Positions 36,922 through 39,293 of a stretch of 39,293 nt of DNA are shown piece after piece; positions within the stretch are counted from its first letter, which is position 1, and the number at the start of each line of letters is the position of its first letter. The position numbers and the translations under genes are program-made. This DNA is from Thermoplasmatota archaeon (GTDB lineage Archaea > Thermoplasmatota > Thermoplasmata > Halarchaeoplasmatales > Halarchaeoplasmataceae): the NCBI GenBank assembly GCA_018334835.1, contig JAGXLF010000007.1, forward strand, positions 1 to 39,293, in the 5' to 3' direction. The notes beneath the pieces were generated by a model. The model was not told the origin of the DNA, made no database searches, and saw nothing but the letters and a program-made list of their open reading frames with translations.

Positions 36922-39114
36922 TTACATTATCTTGATGCCATGAGATAGATTTTTATCTAGATGGATCGGTCCCCTACTGTCCTTGAGTAAGAATGCCTTT
37001 CCTTCGGATATCAGTGCTACGGATAAATTCTCAAACTTTTCCGATTTGATCGGTTCTAGTTCTTTTTTAGATAATATTTTATCGTTTTCCCAAACTACTG
37101 TTCTAAGTTCGTACTCCTGGAAATCGTCGAATGAAATTTGATCCGCATCTGGATTCGTTCCTTGGATATTCTCTCCAATGTCTCCTTTAGGTTCGAGTAA
37201 AGATACGTTGTCGCCTTCCTGAGCCGCTAACATCATACCTTCAGACTTTATACCTCTCAACTTCGCTGGTTCAAGATTGGCCACTACAACTATCTTTTTA
37301 CCTTCCATCTCGCTCTTATCGTAATGGGGTTTCAATCCCGCTACTAAAGTCCGCTTCTCGTCACCCAAATCTATTCGAGCGATATAGAGCTTGTCCGCGT
37401 TTGGATGTTCTTTCACTTTTGTTATTTTACCAACTTTGAGGTTCAATTTATTCAGAGAACCGATCAATTTGGAATCCTCTTCCATCTCTTTGAGGTCAAT
37501 AGTTTCATAGAGTGGCTCGGGCTTGGCCAATTCATTTCCAGGTTCAAGTGGATTGAGAGCTTCGTCCCATTCTTGTTCATGGACAGAACCTTCCTGGTAT
37601 AGATAATCCCAGAGCGTATCCATGCTGTGTGGTAGATATGGGGCGGCACTTACACAAAGCGCTTTCACCAGTCGAAGAGAAACATTCAGCGTAGTCTTCG
37701 CTGCTTTTTCATCATCTTCTAGGTCTTTCCAAGGGGCTTTGTCGTTGAAATATCTGTTTCCTTCTCTCGAGAGTTCTAATATTTTCTTTAGCCCTTCTTT
37801 GAACTTCCTATTTTCGATGTTTTCACCGACTTCTTCGGTCAAACTTTCGATTTTGTTTAACATCTTTTTGTCCCTTTTGTTTAGTTCCCTCGCTTGAGGC
37901 ACTTCGCCGTAATTAGAGTAGGTGAAAGAGAGCACCCTGTGGATAAAGTTACCTAGATTCCCTACAAGTTCTGAATTTACTTTATCTTGGAACTCCTCCC
38001 ATGTGAAGTTAGTATCTTTTACTTCGGGCATCACCATAGTTATATAATATCGAACGGCGTCGCTGCTGAAATCATCTAATATATCGGGTAGAGATACTAT
38101 TGTCCCTCTGGAAGTAGATAATTGTTGACCTCCTATTCTCATATATTGATTAGCGGGTACGTCGTAAGGAAGGTTGAGTTCTTCGTCATATCCCATCAAC
38201 ATGGCTGGCCAAATAATAGTATGAAACGGGATGTTGTCTTTTCCTAGGAAGTAATAATGCTCTGCATCGGGATTCTTCCAAAACTTTGTCCAATCTCCGT
38301 CATATTCTTCCGACCACTTTATAGATGTTGAAAGATATCCTATTACCGCTTCAAACCAGACATATATCTTCTTCTCTTCATAACCTTCTATAGGCACTGA
38401 GATCCCCCATTCCATGTCACGAGAGATCGGTCTATCTTCAAGTCCTTCTTTCAACCATCCCTTTGTAAAGTTGAGAACATGATTTTTCCAGTAATCTTTA
38501 TCCTCGATGTATTCTTCTAAAGGTTTTTGAAAATTTGAGAGTTTTAGGAAGAAATGTTCGCTTTCTCTAAGTGTTGGGGTCTCTCCACAGTGCATACACT
38601 TCGGTTCGATGAGATCTTCTGGATCCAAAAGGGTTCCACACTCGTCGCACTGGTCACCTTTGATATCTTCCTGTCCGCACTCAGGGCAGGTCCCTATCAC
38701 ATATCTGTCAGGGAGTGATCTCTCACAATTTTTACAGTAAAAAGTTTCCATCGTGTCTAATCCTATGTGGTCCTTTTCGTAGAGAGTTTTAAAGATATCT
38801 TTAGCCACCTGCTTATGTGTTTCGTTCATCGTGTACGTGAATAGAGTGAATTCGACACCTAGGTCCTCTAGAGCTTTGGAATTGATCTCGTGATACTTCT
38901 CTGCCGTTTCCTTTGGAGTAAGCCCTTCTTCTTCAGCTGTGACGGTGACGGGAGTACCGTGTTGATCTGATCCAGAAACCATCAGGACTTCGTTGCCTTT
39001 CATCTCATGGTAACGCCTAAATATATCGGGAGGTAGGTAACAACCTCCTACTTGGCCTATATGAATCGGTCCATTAGCATAGGGCCAAGCTACTCCTATC
39101 AATATCCGTTTCAT
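36922..39114 (-). CDS. metG: Methionine--tRNA ligase with a C-terminal tRNA-binding (Trbp111/OB) domain
   Basis: AWPYANGPIHIGQ, SGSDQHGTP, four CxxC knuckle motifs, YVWFEAVIGY, GKDNIPFH, HPNADKL...NLEPAKLRGIKSEGM. Confidence 0.96.
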   Translation of the reverse strand: MKRILIGVAWPYANGPIHIGQVGGCYLPPDIFRRYHEMKGNEVLMVSGSDQHGTPVTVTAEEEGLTPKETAEKYHEINSKALEDLGVEFTLFTYTMNETHKQVAKDIFKTLYEKDHIGLDTMETFYCKNCERSLPDRYVIGTCPECGQEDIKGDQCDECGTLLDPEDLIEPKCMHCGETPTLRESEHFFLKLSNFQKPLEEYIEDKDYWKNHVLNFTKGWLKEGLEDRPISRDMEWGISVPIEGYEEKKIYVWFEAVIGYLSTSIKWSEEYDGDWTKFWKNPDAEHYYFLGKDNIPFHTIIWPAMLMGYDEELNLPYDVPANQYMRIGGQQLSTSRGTIVSLPDILDDFSSDAVRYYITMVMPEVKDTNFTWEEFQDKVNSELVGNLGNFIHRVLSFTYSNYGEVPQARELNKRDKKMLNKIESLTEEVGENIENRKFKEGLKKILELSREGNRYFNDKAPWKDLEDDEKAAKTTLNVSLRLVKALCVSAAPYLPHSMDTLWDYLYQEGSVHEQEWDEALNPLEPGNELAKPEPLYETIDLKEMEEDSKLIGSLNKLNLKVGKITKVKEHPNADKLYIARIDLGDEKRTLVAGLKPHYDKSEMEGKKIVVVANLEPAKLRGIKSEGMMLAAQEGDNVSLLEPKGDIGENIQGTNPDADQISFDDFQEYELRTVVWENDKILSKKELEPIKSEKFENLSVALISEGKAFLLKDSRGPIHLDKNLSHGIKIM

Positions 39115-39166
39115 GCTTAGGAGAAATGACTCTTAGAATATAAATCCAATGATTTGTTACAAACTA

Positions 39167-39240
39167 TGCAGGCGCCGGGATTTGAACCCGGCCAATGAGC
39201 TTGGAAGGCTCAGATCCTAACCAGACTAGATCACGCCTGC
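39167..39240 (-). tRNA. tRNA-Gly(TCC)
   Basis: GCAGGCG/CGCCTGC acceptor stem, anticodon arm TGAGC-CTTCCAA-GCTCA, T-arm CCGGG-TTCAAAT-CCCGG. No intron; CCA not encoded. Confidence 0.97.
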
Positions 39241-39269
39241 AGTTCAGCAGAAAGATTACTGATGGGGTG

Positions 39270-39286
39270 ATATTAATCTTTTCCGT
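39270..39286 (-). promoter_or_regulatory. tRNA-Gly promoter (BRE plus TATA)
   Basis: Minus strand CGGAAAAG-ATTAATAT about 30 nt upstream of the tRNA 5' end. Confidence 0.6.
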
Positions 39287-39293
39287 TGAGACA

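Overview
Archaeal chromosomal window. A stand-alone 23S rRNA, DP2/PolC, Fen1, AglB and GGAGGT/AGGTGA Shine-Dalgarno sites point to a Thermoplasmata-like lineage, and the D/E-rich proteins suggest a halophile (both inferences). In order, it holds: the right end of an IS200/IS605 element at the window edge; a 1075-aa GNAT fusion; a VOC-nitroreductase fusion; a thiol/oxidative-damage cluster (ogg, GNAT, YyaL-like, GAF/fRMsr, AhpD-like, divergent arsR-trxA); valS; an unannotated 59-aa Zn-finger ORF; a PLP aminotransferase; an eIF2B-like protein; polC with a LAGLIDADG intein; a RAD55/KaiC pair with fen; an unlinked 23S rRNA in a bulge-helix-bulge stem; two small membrane ORFs; a TnpA-less tnpB element; trpS; a 2177-aa AglB with a coupled surface protein; metG; and tRNA-Gly(TCC). 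The most notable points are: (i) polC and the YyaL-like gene have conserved N-termini reachable only from non-canonical starts (ACG, ATC) 6 nt after the same TTGGAGGTAT motif; (ii) three IS200/IS605 end or omegaRNA stems carry stacks of short hairpins, one shared in inverted form with compensatory changes; (iii) the giant double-anchored AglB and its partner; (iv) a candidate structured RNA divergent from the 23S promoter. All calls come from reading the sequence; no searches or folding programs were run.
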